64,000 nucleotides of DNA, from NCBI RefSeq assembly GCF_009914755.1, contig NC_060926.1; one strand, written 5' to 3'. Both the position numbers and the translations under genes were made by a program. The notes under the pieces are model-generated. The model was given only the letters and a program-made list of their open reading frames with translations. It was not told the DNA's origin and ran no database searches. Source of the DNA: the human T2T-CHM13v2.0 reference genome, Homo sapiens. This document shows positions 41,056 to 55,600 of this stretch, in pieces; position 1 is the stretch's first letter; every line of letters starts with the position of its first letter.

Positions 41056-41249
41056 TATATAAATTTTGGAAAATATCCAAATTATTAGGACATATTTTTG
41101 TTCAAAACTCAAATTTGGGAAACTTCTATTTGCTTTTCTAGCATAAATGCTGAGCACGTTTGTTTATTTATGTGTGTATATACACATACATATATATAAA
41201 TTTAAGTAAACTAACAATATATAACATCGTGTAGTATACTACAGGAGAC

Positions 41250-41775
41250 ATATAGTGGCTATAAGGTTGATAATAACCATAATGCCAACTTAAGGTCTGG
41301 AAGGGCATACACTATGCATTACTTAACCATATGATGCAAACTGGCCTGAGGGTTTCCATTCCTGGCCTGTGGATTTGCAAGAGACAAGACCACCTCAGCA
41401 GACACAACCTTTATAAACCGTAAAACAATGCTTACCCTTATAAGAATGGCTTAAATTTCCTTTATTAAAAAAATAGCTGGTAACTAACATGGACTGAATA
41501 GAGGTATATTCTATATAGTCCATGTTGGAGGAATATTCTTCAAACTTGGAGAACAGTTTCTGGACAGAGATCCTCCTGGTCAGTCGATCATCAGATCCCT
41601 GTCTGTACCTGGCCCATGCTCTCCACCTTATAAGAACACTATGAAAATAAATTGCTGGAACATCATGTGGCGTCTAAGACACATCTTCGATGCTAATTGG
41701 ACTGAAGGGGAGAAATTGCCCCTAGGGAGGCTGATTAACCAGGGCCATCAGAAAACTTCAAAAGCATCACCATAA
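41250..41775 (+). mobile_element. Possible old ERV LTR, family not assigned
   Basis: LTR-like length and layout with AATAAA at about 41646 followed by a U5-like tail; I cannot name the consensus. Confidence 0.35.
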
Positions 41776-42283
41776 TTGAATAAAATGCATTTGCAGAATA
41801 ATTTAGTTAGCATACCTCTTTTCAAAATTATACAAAGAACTGAAATGAATCATTTAAACTACAGCCATCTGACCTTTATTTCCAAATCATTGTTTTTCAG
41901 AATTGGCAAAGACATTAGGAAGCATTTAGATAACTTCACCCTAGAGGCAGCAGAGATTGTTTCTATGGCATCTGACCAGGCCACCTTCTCTCAGCCTGAA
42001 GAGTCTAGAGGCAGAGTGCTTTATGCATGGAAGCAGACCAGAGCATTATTAGATAGTTCCAATTATTAGAAAGAATATACTTATTACATACTGTCTGTCT
42101 CCCTAAAATTCCCATCCGTGAATTTTTGTCCTGGAGAAACAAAGGGAGGTCTACCCTCTTTTTATTTTTTTTCTCTCACATGACAAAACTCCTTAAGCCT
42201 TTTTTTTCTTCTTTTGTTAAAAATATCTTCAGCAATATCCCTTCTGTATTTTCTGGGATAACTTCTGAATACCTGAAATTGTG

Positions 42284-42833
42284 TGTATTATTCAGGGTGC
42301 TCTAGAGGGACAGAAATAATAGGATGACTGTATATATGAAGGGGCGTTTATTAAGGAGAATTGACTCACACAATCACAAGGTGAAGTCCCACAATAGGCC
42401 ATCTGCAAGCTGAGGAGCAAGAAAGACAGTCCAAGTCCCCAAACCTCAGAAGCAGGGAAACTGACAGTGCAGTCCTCAGTCTGTGGCCAAATGCCTGAGA
42501 GCCCCCTGGAAAACCATTAGTGTAAGTCCAAGACTCCAAAAGCTGAAAAACTTGGAGTCTGATGTTCGAGGGCAGGAAGCCTCCAGCACGGGAGAAAGAT
42601 GAAGCCTGGAAGACTCAGCAAGTCCGCTCTTTCCACTTTCTTCTGCCTCCTTTATTCTAGCCATGCTGGCAGCTGCTTAGATGGTGCCCAGGCAGGTTGA
42701 GGGTGGGTCTGCCTCTCCCAGTCCAATGACTCAAATGTTAATCTCCTTTGGCAACACCCTCACAGACACACCCGGGAACAATACTTTGCATCCTTCAATC
42801 CAATTGGGTTGACACTCAATATTAACCATCACA
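42284..42833 (-). mobile_element. MLT2A2-type ERVL solo LTR
   Basis: TGTATTA..CAGGG..CTCTAGAGGGACAGAA...GGAGTCTGATGTTCGAGGGCAGGAAGC...GACACTCAATATTAACCATCACA; TSD TTGTG/CTGTG. Confidence 0.93.
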
Positions 42834-43829
42834 CTGTGTGATAATATCATTATTATACTAAGATTTGTAAATGTATGAGAGGTGTGAAAGCAAGAACCTG
42901 TATTTGAAATAGACTTAAGGGGGCAGAATTAGGAGGTCCTTCTGCATCTCTGGCTTTTCTCTGCAGCTGGTTAATAATAAAATACTGACCTCTAATTTCC
43001 CTAATGATCTTTAACTCTGTCTCATTTTAAAACACCCCTACTGCTTTCTTAATCTATTAGTAAAATGTAAGTTTATAGAAGAATTTGGAAATGTTGATGA
43101 GAAAAAATGGGGGATAAAAAGTATTGCACAAGTAAAGAAAGAACATGTAGATATTTCAGCATATAGCTTTTTAGCTCTATATGTATATATTTTATGTTTT
43201 GTTTTTAAAAACTGGGTCATATGAAACATATTTCCAAACCTCTTTTGAAAAGCTGTACATATTTTACCTATGACACCTCTTCTGCCCTATCCTGCTTTCC
43301 CATTATTGAGATTATTTATTTGGGTTTCAACATTCAAGTGGGCCAATGTGTAAGTTGTGGTGAGGAAAGATAATATTTTGAAGGGTTTGGTAAATGGATT
43401 TTGATCACCTTGTCTTCTTGACTCACAGTATGTTTTTATAATCTTTTAACATATTCTCTCTCTCTTTCTCTCTCCTTTGCATTTTCGTATCAAATGGTTC
43501 AGTCATTGAAGTCATCTTCTTTCATGGTCTGTTGTATTCACTTGATTAAAAAGTTGTTCTTTAAAGGGAACTTTAAAAGCTCTTAAAACTTTGGTAAAAG
43601 TTCACTTGAAAAGTTACCTAAGAACTTTAGGTGGTTGTTCTTTTAACTCTGGCTCAAATCTCACCCTCTCAAAACAGGTTGCAATTTTTCTTACTATTTC
43701 CTAGTTGCAAAAACAAACTTTGCAATCAATTTCTTATTTTACTAATGGCTTATTCTCAGTTGAGCAGGTGTTTCCCTAAGGATTGATCTTTCTGAAGTAA
43801 AGGAGGCTGGGGCTGATTGAGGAGAGAAT

Positions 43830-44575
43830 AAACAAAATAAGTGAGCAAATTTTACAACATGTTAGAAGACACAAGTGCTAAGGTGAGAAATAGCAAAAAT
43901 ATCAAAAAAGAAGGCATGCTGGAGATGAAATCATTTGAAAATTTATATAGGACGGTCAGGGAAAGTCTCTTTAAGAAGGTGATCTCTGAGCAAAGATTTG
44001 AAAGTTGAGAAAAAAGTAGCTTTGTGAATATCTCCAGAAAGAACATTCTAGGCAGAGGAAAACACAGGTGCAAAGACCCTGAGGCACTGAGATATTTGGC
44101 CCACCTGCCCAGGAGCACCAGGGAGGTGAATGTAACTGCAATGGGATGAGCCAGAGAGAGAGATAGCAGAATACGTTTTTGGAGTACCAGGGCACCAGCT
44201 ATATAGGAACAGGTAGGCCATCATAAGGAATTTTGTTTTACTGTGAGTGACAAGAGGATCTATTTCAGCATTTTGCACAAAAGAGTGACACCCTCTAACT
44301 TCTATTTTAAATGAATCATTTTGACTGCTATGTTATAGTGTAACAAGGATAGGAGAGCTTATTCCAATTAAGATACTTCATGGCAGTCCAGATGAGAGAA
44401 GATTGTGGTTTAGAACAACGGGGATAGCAAAGGAGATGATGAAATGTGGATGGGATCTGGATATATTTTAAAAAGAGAACAAACAGAATACCTGATGGAT
44501 TGCAGGTGGAGTGTGAAGGAAAAGGAGCTATGTGGACAGAGTAGAGACAAGAAACAGAGTTGAGTCCCTTCTGGC
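43830..44575 (-). mobile_element. L2 (L2a-like) fragment
   Basis: GGTCAGGGAAAGTCTCT...GAGCAAAGATTTGAA...ATTCTAGGCAGAGGAAAACACAGGTGCAAAGACCCTGAGGC...GATGGATTGCAGGTGG. Confidence 0.85.
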
Positions 44576-44959
44576 TCACCTGACCTCTTCTGATGCATGT
44601 AAAAATCTTGATAAACTGAGTTACCAAGGTTTAAAATCAAACCCAGACAAAGCATAGAAATTAAAGAATATCAAAACCAGAATGGAATATATAGACTATT
44701 CATATCTCTTTATTTTATAGATAGAAAAACTAAAGCTTAGAGAGTCAAACCCAATTCCCCTGAATCCTTTTTGCTCCTTTGGTTCCTAGTTTTTAATGTA
44801 AACCTGTATTAAGTGGAATATCCACACAATGACAGACATAGATTATAAATGTAAAGTGAAGTGATGTCCATAACAGGTGCACACCCATGTCATCAGCACG
44901 AAGATCAAGAATGTCAACACTATATGGAAGATCTTTTCATTCAAAATTATTTTCAACAT

Positions 44960-46952
44960 TGATATGGTTTGGCTGTGTCCCCACCCAAATCTTATCTTGA
45001 ATTCCATGTGTTGTGAGAGGGACCTGATGGAAGGTAATTGAATCATGGGGGCAAGTCTTTCCTGTACTGTTCTTGTGATAGTGAATAGGTCTCACAAGAT
45101 CTGATGGTTCTATAAGGGAGCGTTTCCCTGCACAAGCTCTCTTTCTGCCTGCTGCCATCCATGTAAGACATGACTTGATCCTCGTTGCCTTCCACCATGA
45201 TTGTGAGGCTTGTCCAGCCACATGGAACTGTAAGTCCATTAAAGCTTTTACCTGCATAAGTTATCTAGTCCTGGGTACGTCTTTATTAGCAGCATGAAAA
45301 CAGACTACTACAGTAAATTGGTACCAGTAGAGTGGGGTGTTTCTGAAAAGATACCTGAAAATGTGGAACTACATAACTGGCAGAGGTTGGAACAGTTTGG
45401 AGGGCTCAGAAGGAAACAGAAAAAGGTGGGAAAGTTTGAAACTCCCTAGAGACTGGTTATATGACTTTGAATAACATGCTGATAGTGATAGGAACAATGA
45501 AATCCAGGCTGAGGTGGTCTCAGATGGAAACAGGGAACTTGTTGGGAACTGGAGCAAAGGTCACTCACTCTTGTTATGTCTTAGCAAAAAGACTGGTGGC
45601 ATCGTGCCCCTGCCCTAGAGATTTGTGGGCTTCTGAACTTAAAAGAGATGATTTAGGGTATCTGGTGGAAGAACTTTCTAAGAAAGAAAGCATTCAAGAT
45701 GCGACTTGGGTGTTGTTAAAGGTATTCAGTTTTAAAAGGGAAAAAGAGCATAAAAGTTTGGAAAATTTGTAGTCTGACAATGCAATAGAAAAGAAAATAC
45801 CATCTTCTGACAAGAAATTCAAGCTGGCTGCAGAAATTTGCATAAGTTACAAGAAGGTGAATGTTAATCACCAAGACAAGGAGGAAAATGTCTCCAGGGC
45901 ATGTCAGAGACTTTTGTGGTAGCCCCTCCCATCACAGACCTGGAGGTTGAGGAGGATCAAATGGTTTTATGGGCCGGGCCCTGGATCTCCCTGCTGTGTA
46001 GTATAGGGACTTGTTGCCCTGCGTCCCATCTGTTCCAGCCATGACTGAAAGTGGCCAAGGTACAGCTCAGGCTGTTGCTTCAGTGGGTGGAAGCCCCATT
46101 GACAACCTGCACTGTGTGCCTGGAAAAGGTACAGACACTCAATGCCAGCCCGTGAAAGCAGCCAGGGTTGGGGGGTGGGGGTACACCCTGCAAAGCCACA
46201 GGGATGGAGCTTCCCAAGGCCTAGCTCTTGCATCAACATGACCTGGACATGAGACATGGAGTCGAAGGAGATCATTTTGGAGCTTTAAGATTTGACTGCC
46301 TCACTGGATTTCAGACATGCATGGGGCCTGTAGCCTCTTTGTTTTGGCCAATTTCTCCCAATTAGAATGGCTGTATTTACCGAACGCCTGCACCCCCATT
46401 GTATCTAAGAAGTAACTAACTTGCTTTTGATTTTACAGGCTCATAGGCAGAAGGGAATTGCCTTGTCTCAGGTGAGGCCTTGGACTCTGGACTTCTGAGT
46501 TAATGTCAAAATGAGTTAAGACTTTGGGGGACTGTTGGGAAGGCATGATTGGTTTTGAAATGTGAGGACATAAGATTTGGGAGTGGCCAGGAGCAGAATG
46601 ATATGGTTTGGCTGTGTCCCCACCCAAATCTCATCTTGAATTTCCACATGTTGTGTGAGGGACCTGGTGAGATGTAACTGAATCATGGGGGCAGGTCTTT
46701 CCTGCGTTGTTCACATGATAGTGAATAAGTCTCATGAGATCTGATAGTTTTATAAGGGGGAGTTTCCTTGCACAAGCTCTTTTTTTGTCTGCTGCCATCT
46801 ATGTAAGACGTGACTTGCTCCTCCTTGCCTTCCACCACGATTGTGAGGCTTCCCCAGCCACATGGAACTGTAAGTCCATTAAAGCTTTTTCCTGCATAAA
46901 TTACCCACTCTTCGGTATGTCTTTATTAGCAGTGTGAAAACAAACTAATACA
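44960..46952 (+). mobile_element. THE1 (A/B-like) two-LTR element: LTRs 44960-45312 and 46599-46952, internal region 45313-46598
   Basis: Both LTRs start TGATATGGTTTGGCTGTGTCCCCACCCAAATCT and end ACTA(C/A)TACA; the internal region starts GTAAATTGGTACCAGTAGAGTGGGG and ends in a purine-rich tract before the 3' LTR. Confidence 0.96.
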
Positions 46953-47230
46953 ACTATATTTAGATGTTTTGTAAATGTGGTCATGATACATTTATTTTCA
47001 TTGTAATAAATTACTCTATTGTATCAATATATAATTTATTAATCCAGGATACTGTTGACAGACATTTGAGTTGCTCTCTCTCTCTGCCCCCCTTTTTCTG
47101 TATATTATGGTTAGTACTGCTATAAATATTTTTGCACATGTTTGGTGAAGTATTTTTTATTCTCTGCATGGACTTATATGATGATATCAATAGAACTTCA
47201 TCTTTTCCAGTAGCGCAATGGCTCCACAAA
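46953..47230 (-). mobile_element. Old L1ME-type 3' fragment (also left of THE1, about 44790-44959)
   Basis: ATAATTTATTAATCCA..ACTGTTGACAGACATTTGAGTTG; TGCTATAAATATTTTTGCACATG. Confidence 0.6.
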
Positions 47231-47599
47231 TACATTATTATTTGATGATTTGGCTTTAGCATGTGGTCTTCAGAAAATTTGTTATCAGCTTTATTTCATG
47301 AGAAAAAAATATTTTCCTCTCAAAGATGTGATTTCTGACAACTCTCTTGTTCTTACTGATTCTCTGAAAGGTGATGGAATGCTGTTCTTATATAAGGATC
47401 ATGGGCAGCTAAAGAGCTTTGAGAAAGATATGAGTCCCACAAGGAGTGATTTAGCTACTCAGGATGGTATATAAAGAACATGGAAGAACAAATGCTATGA
47501 ATCCAAAGGGAGATGTTGGTTAGAAATAACAAGTTTAATATGATAATAAAAATTATACAATAATAACAATATTAATATAAACCATAATTTTATTGAGAT

Positions 47600-47842
47600 A
47601 GGTAGCATCGCATAGTGTTTAATAGAAAAGGATATGGACCAAAACTGCTTGGGTAGAATCTCAGCTCTGCCAATTTCTGGCTATATGACCTTGTTTTGCC
47701 TTACTATTCTCAACAGTCAAGTGGGAAGCATATCATACCTATTTGAGAGGATGTAGATTTAATCAGGTAACATGTGAACGACTGAGAATCTGTGCTTGAA
47801 GCATAGTAAACACAATGCGTGTATAAAACATTATTATTACCA
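47600..47842 (+). mobile_element. MIR
   Basis: CTGCTTGGGTAGAATCTCAGCTCTGCCA...TATGACCTTG ... GCATAGTAAACACAA...TATTATTA. Confidence 0.75.
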
Positions 47843-49221
47843 CTTATTATTATCATTATATTTGAGTATGTACATATATTATTTTTAACGTTCTTTCTCT
47901 CAAGATAGCTATAACTATGCTTAAACTTAAAGCATCTTTTTTCTGATGTCATTTAATTTTCTACTCTTCTGCGGTAATTTGGTTTCTTTTTTTTTTTAAA
48001 TGTGCACTTTGTATCATATGTCACTAAATGGCCCTTTTGAGTGCCTATATTTGCTGAGAACTTTATCTCGTCTCAGTGCATCAAGGACAAATCTCAGTGA
48101 AAATTTTTTACAACCCATTTTAGATATTCAGTTATGAATGCCTACTTAAGTTAAATAACTTACCTAAGGCTTAACAGCATATTAAATAACATATTAAGTA
48201 GTGGGTGTGTTCTTTTCTGGAAGCCCTGTAGTATTTTACTAGTTTTGCTGCCTCCTGTGGCTTAATGGATAAAATTCAATCTTCAGTGGGTTTGACTAAT
48301 TCGAGCTGGTTTTAATGAAAATTTATCTGGGGTTATTTGGATACTGATGTTTTGAATCATTACTTCTGTACTACAACAATAACAAAGCTTGCCACAAATG
48401 TCAGACCAAATTTGATTTCTAATTTTTGTCATTTTGAGATATCATAACTGGTAGAGGATTGGCTAGAGGAAAAAAAAAAAAAGCAAAATTAAAACAAAAG
48501 GATCCATATAATGGATTGGATGTTTTTGTCTCTTCTGAATAGGACTTTTAAACTGTATTGAAGCTCATTTCAGCTATAATTTTAAGATCGTTAATAGTAA
48601 ATGAAAAGGGTCCAACTCTGGTAGAGATTGAGTAAGCATACACCAATATGTCTCTCCCACTAAATGCAACTAAGAACCTGGGCAGGCTGCACGCACAAGG
48701 GACCTAAGGACTTTAATAAGCAAATGATAGCAAGAATATTGGGGAAGAAAACCAGATTTGCACTACTACTAAATTGGCAGTAATTTCCCCCACATACCCA
48801 TTTTTATTTTCCTTTGGTTATTCTTAGCCTGGACTCATAAAATAGCACAATATTCAGAAGTGAGCACCGGGTTTAGACAGAAAGAACTTCAAAGGAATCC
48901 CTCTGTTTCTCATAGAAGTGATAGGAAAGGGAGCATTTATGGGGCAGATATAATAGAAGAAAGTTCCTTAATTTTGTTGTTGCTATCATTATTCTCTACT
49001 AATCCTGCCCCCTAGCAATGTCACAGAAGCAGAAGCAATAGGGAAGACCCCTAAAATTTCAGGAAATAAGTATTTGTGGTCTCAAAAGTATGAGGAAATA
49101 CTCCTGTTTTCCTTTCTTCCTACCTTCTTGCCATGTGGCCCCAGAGAAAGGTACAGTCATAGGAAGTTCATGATAGAACACAGAAATAAAGCCCTGGTGT
49201 TTTTTGTCAGATCAGAAAGAA

Positions 49222-49387
49222 GTTGGGCACAGTGATTCATGCCTGTAATTCCAATACTTTGGGAAACCAAGATGAGAGGATTGCTTGAGACCAGAGAGTG
49301 GAGGCTGCATTGAGCTATGATCGCACCACTGCACTCCAGCCTGGGTGACAGACCAAGATGTTATAAAAAAAAAAAAAAAAAAAAAAA
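49222..49387 (+). mobile_element. Monomeric Alu (FRAM/FAM-like, or collapsed AluJ) with a long A tail
   Basis: GGGCACAGTGATTCATGCCTGTAATTCC...GGATTGCTTGAG...GAGGCTGCATTGAGCTATGATCGCACCACTGCACTCCAGCCTGGG, then poly-A. Confidence 0.88.
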
Positions 49388-49681
49388 CCTAAGAGAATCC
49401 CTTGGGTTCAAGAAAATGTCAGGACAATTACAGAGAGAAGGGATCTCTCTGAATATAAGAAAATAATCCCATAGAGTATACATAAACTTCTGAGCTCATC
49501 CCAAATCTGTGCACGCATGGATTTAAACAGCATATCAAATACCTTGAGAACCAAACTAAAGCACTGGCCTTCACCCACATCCCATGCTGGCCGTTGAGTA
49601 GTGAACTCAGGAAAGATCTTAAAGCACAGCAAAACTTTTAAAAACTGATTGACATTGGATCAGTGGCCCTCAGGTGTGTAA

Positions 49682-50070
<389 letters not shown>

Positions 50071-51509
50071 TAGTACCCAACATGTCCAGATATAATCTAT
50101 AGCTTCTCAACATATGAAGGAGCATGAAAATCATGACATTTTATAAGCAGACAGAAAATCAATTGATGTCCATCCTGAGATAATAGAGATGTTGGTATTA
50201 TCAGACACAGATTTTTAAAGCAGCTATTATTAACATGATCCAAGAACTAGGGAAAAATACTTTTGATGCAAAAGAAAAGATCTCAGAAAAAAAGATAAAA
50301 AATCTTTTTAAAATGACTTATAAATAAAAAACATAATACCAAAATTACCACACACAAAAAAAGGCACTAGGTGAGTTTGATAATAGATGGAGATAGCAGA
50401 GAAAAAACTTAAGCGTGATGAGGATACAGCAATAGGATTTATCTAATCTGGAAAAAGTAAAAAAAATAAATAAATAAAAAATAATGAAAAAGCTAAGAGG
50501 GACTCCAAGACCTATGATATGAAATGAAAGATTTAACATTCATATCATAGATTATCAGAATGAAAGAAGGAAGTCATATACAGGAAAAATAAAAGAATAA
50601 TCGATGAAAAACAATTGGGGAAATATATAAGTTAAATGATTCAAGAACCGCAATGAACCCTAAACAAGACAAGTTCAAAAATATCCATGCTCTGATTCAT
50701 CATAATCAAACTGCTAATGACATAATAAAAAAAGAGAGGAGAAATATATTGAAAAAAAGCTAGAGAAAAGCAAACATCACTTATAAGGGAACAATAATTC
50801 AAATTGTTATGGATTTCTCAACAAAAATCAGGAAGGGCAGAAAACAGTGAAATATAATTTATAAAGTGCTGAAAGTAAAGAACTGTCAACTGAGAATCCA
50901 CCAAACTGTTCTGCAGAAATGAAGGTACAGTTAATATATTATTGGATAAAGGCAAACCAATACAATTTTTCAGCAGCAGAACTTCTCTAACAGAAATGGT
51001 AAAGGAAGTAATTGAAATAGAAGGGAAATTATATTCAGTGGATACTTGGAACTTCCAGAATGAAGCAAAGAGTGATTAAAATGTGAAATAAATATTTAAA
51101 TATAAGTAGGCTAGTTTTCTCTACTTGAGTGTTTAAAAAAATATGTAAGCAAAAATTATACCATTGTCTGATGGAGTTTTCAATGTATGTAGACAATACA
51201 AATGGCAAATACACCATAAAGAGAGAAGAATAAAACAATCTCTGTAATGGTAATGTTTCTTCATTCATCTACATTTCACTTGAAGTGATAAAATATTAAT
51301 TCCAAATAGATTATAAGACACTAAATATTTAAATTATAATTTTAAGAGCAACAACTTAGAAAGCACACAAAGAGATAAAATAAAAAAGTAATAGTTAAAT
51401 AAAAAAGAAATGTTAAATAATGTTATAGTAATACAAAATAAGACAGATGAAAATAAGAAAAAGAAACAGAGGAAACAAAGAGAAAGCAAATAATACCATA
51501 TTTTAACAT

Positions 51510-51814
51510 CTTTTGAACCAAAGGGCAGGCATATTACTGCCTATTTTAAAAGATGTGGGTACTCTAATCTCAGATTTTCTCAACTATAAATAACCACTTC
51601 TTATGTCTAAGTCATCTTGTCTCATTCATATTTCCCTGGTAGGAATTGGGGCTTGGGAAGCTGATGCAAAAAATGCTGAGTATATAGATACTGCTATTTC
51701 TGTGAGACATAAATTGTCTTTTGTCTCAGACTCAAGAATTTAGTGTACTCCATCAACATCCATGGAACCCTGATAGGCTAACTGTTAGCTTGCATATAGA
51801 GCAAAATCTCAGAC
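51510..51814 (+). mobile_element. LTR40-type ERVL LTR, partial
   Basis: CAAAGGGCAGGC...GGAATTGGGGCTTGGGAA...AAAATGCTGA...CATCCATGGAAC...AGGCTAACTGTTAGCTTGCA...AAAATCTCAGAC. Confidence 0.78.
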
Positions 51815-52411
51815 ACAGAGGACATGGAGTTGCAACATTAGTGTTAAGCAAATTATACTTCAGAGTAAGGAAAAGTATAGGGATAAAAAGACATATTACA
51901 TAATAATAGAAATTCAGCAAACAGGCATGCTCATCCCAAATGGCAATAAGAAGGCTTCAAAATGCATAAAGCAGAAACTAAAAGAAAAATGGACAAATTC
52001 ACAAATATAGCTGGAGGCATCAATCTTCTTTCACTAATAGAGCAAGTAAACAGAATAAGAAAAAGGATCTGTAAGAACTGAAAAACTATCAAACAAATAC
52101 AATGTAATTGACATTTATAAAACATTCCACAGAATTATAGCAAAACAAATTATTTCCAAGTGTACATAAAATCTTCACAAACATAAACTTTATTATTGGC
52201 TATAAAACTATCCTTAATAAGCTTAAAATATTTGAAATAATTGTTCAAGTATATTGCCTGATTATAATAAAATTAAGCTAGAAATTAATAACAGAAAGAA
52301 CAATGGTAACTCTCCAAATATTTGAAAATAAAACAATACATCAGCCAAGGAGGAAGTCTGAAAGGAGATTAGAAAATATTTTGAATTGAACAAAAATGAA
52401 AATGTAACTTA

Positions 52412-52651
52412 CAGGTTGGGTATTCCTTACCCAAAATGCTTGGAACCAAAAGTGTTTTGGATTTCAGTGTTTGTTCGTTTGTTTGAAATATTTGCATTAT
52501 ACCTTCCCAGTTGATAATCTTCAATCCAAAAACCTGAAATCTAAATTGTTCCAATATGCGTTTTCTTTGAGCATCATGTTGATGCTCAAAATGTTTTGGA
52601 TTTTGGAGCATTTCAGATTTTAGATTTTTTTAATTAGGCATAATCGACCTG
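52412..52651. mobile_element. Tigger4a/MER46A-type MITE
   Basis: TA|CAGGTTGGGTATTCCTTACCCAAAATGCTTGG...TTTTGGAGCATTTCAGATTT...CGACCTG; 240 bp with inverted termini. Confidence 0.88.
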
Positions 52652-55600
52652 CACTAACATTTCTCTGATGATACTAAAACAGTTCTTAGAGGGACATGTA
52701 TAGTATATATTATTATATTAAAAATGAACAAGCATATAACTTTCCACCTTAGGAAATTAGAGAAAGAAGAGCAAAATGAACCCAAAGCATACAGAAGTAA
52801 GAAATAAATGAAATAACAGAAATAGGAACAAAATAATAAAAATAAAAATAAATATCAATAAAACAAAGAAAACAAAAATGGAAAGAAACAAATTACAATT
52901 TTGGGAAGAAAAATGGGAAAATTAAATGACTTTGAAATGACATTCTACTCTGCCCTAAATAGGAAAATTTATATGAAATGAACCAATTTTTTGAAAGACT
53001 TAAAAAACCATGAATTAATAAAAATAGAAAAACTAAATAATCCTATATGTATTAAAAAAAAATCTAGTAAAATTTTTCATGTAAAGAAAACTCTAGGTCT
53101 AGATGGTTTCACTGAAAAATTCTATCAATATTGAAATAATATATAATAACAATCCTTCACAATCTCTCCCAGAAAATCAGAGGAAGTAACACTCTCTAAA
53201 TCATTTTAAAAGGTCACAGATTATTTGATACCGAAACCAGACAAGACAGTCTAAGAAAACGATAGACCAACACCCATCATGAACATAGATACACAAATTC
53301 ACAACTAAATATTGAAAAATGGAATGCACAATATATACAATACATGGTGCCTAAATGGGGTTTACCCAGGGATTGCAAAGTTAGTTCATTATTCAAAACC
53401 ACTCAGTATAAAATATCATGTTATAATAGACAAATAAGAAAAACTGTGTGGTCATATTAATTCATTCAGAAAATGTATTTGCCATTTAAAACAAGCAAAA
53501 TAAAATAAAAAACTTCTTATCAAACTAGGAATATGAAGAACCTATCTCCACCTGGAAAATGTTGTCAACAAAAATCTAAAACATTTTACTGAATGATAGC
53601 AGATGGAATGTTTGCCTCCTGAGATGGAGGAAAATGATAGGATTTCAACTCTTACTATTTCTATTCACCATAATACAAAATAGTAAGTGACAACAGGCAA
53701 AAAGGAACAAGTAATTAAAAGAAGAAACACAACTGTCCCTATTTACAAACAATGTGATTGTCTAAGTGGAAAATTGTAAGGAGTCTACAAAAAGAGATGG
53801 TAGAACTAATAAATGAGTTTAACAAGGTTTCAAGATGTAAGCTATACAGAAAAATCAATTTTTATTTCTATATATTAGCAATGAAAACCTGGAAATATAA
53901 AATTTTAAAAATAATATTTAGAATAGCTTAAAAGTAAAAAATCTTTGTCATAAATCTAACAAAAAATATGAAGAACTTATATGCTAGAAACTACAAAATG
54001 CTGATGAGAGAAATCAAATAATTTATAAATAAATAGAGTTATATTGTATTCATAGATTAGAAGAAAAAATACACAAGATGTCAATTACTTCCAAATGGAT
54101 CTGTAATTTTAGTACAAATACAATGAGGGTTTCAGCAGGATGTTTTTGTAGTTACAGATGAGTTGATTATAAAATGTGTTTGAAAACCGAAAGGACTAGA
54201 ATAGCCAAAACAATTTTGGAAAAAATAAATGAATAAATCTTGAGGAGTTGCATTTTCTGCTTTTTAAGACTTACTATATAACCAGGGTAATGCATACAGC
54301 ATGGCATTGGTGTAGAGATAGGCACATATATCAATGGGAGAGAAGGGAGAAGACAGAAGTAGATCCACATGAATAAGCCTAACTGATTTTTGACAAAGGT
54401 GCTAAAGAAATTAAATGCACAGAGCACAGTCTTTTCAACAAATGTATTGAAACAATTGGATATTTGTATGCAAAACTGAACCATACCCTAAACCTATAAC
54501 TTATTCAAAAATAATTCAATAAACATCTCTATGTAAAAGGTAGAGATATACAACTTTTAGAATAAAGTATTTGAGGTAGACACAGGAAACGTCTGTGACC
54601 TTGGGTAGGCAAATAATTGTTAGCTATGATACCAAAAGCATAAGTAATAAAAGACAATATATGATATATTGAACTTTATCAAAAATGTTTTAAAAGTGAT
54701 CTGTGAAAGACACTATTCAGGGTATAAAAATACAAGGTACAGGTTTGAAAACATTCTTTCTAAATATTATATCTGAGAAAGGACTAGTATCTAGAATATA
54801 TAAAAAAACTCTCCATACTCAACAGTAGAAAAAGAAAAAAAATAAATTGTTCAAAAAGATCAGACATTTTATCAAAGTATATATACTGATGGCAAATAAG
54901 CACATACAAAGAAATTCAACATCACCAGCCATTAGAAAACTGAAAAATTAGAAGTTATGCAAGATAAAAATATGATATGTCACTACATATCTATTGAAAT
55001 GACTGAAAAGAAAAACAAAAAGCTGATAATAAAAAAAGTACTGGCTCTGAGGCTGTAGAATTCTCAGAATTAGAATTCTACATCCAGCTAGAATTCTCAT
55101 ATATTGCTGGTGGGAATGCAAAATTGTACAGCCTCTCTGGAAAATAGTTTGGCAATTTTTACAATAAAGTTAAACATATATTTACTATATAACAACAATA
55201 CTATTCTTAAGAATTTTCCTATTAAAATAAAGCCTTCTGTTTACCCAAGAAAGTGCATGTGACTATTTATAGCACTTCCTTCATAATCTCTGAAGACTAC
55301 AAACCAACCAAATGTGCACCAACAGTTGAATGGGTGAACATGCTGTGGGACACTCATAGTGACATACTATTCTGCAATAAAGCAAACAATTGGTTAGTGC
55401 AAAATATAGATCTCAATGAAATTGTGCAGTGTGAAAGAAAAGTTTCAAAAGATTAACTACTGTGTGAGTCCATATACATGGTAATCTTAGAAAGGTAAAA
55501 CTATGGATAAGATGAGTAGCTGCCAGCATTAGAACTTGGGGGAAGATGGCAACAAAGGGGACCACAAGGAGTTCTGGAGGAGGTAGAACCATCACAATTG

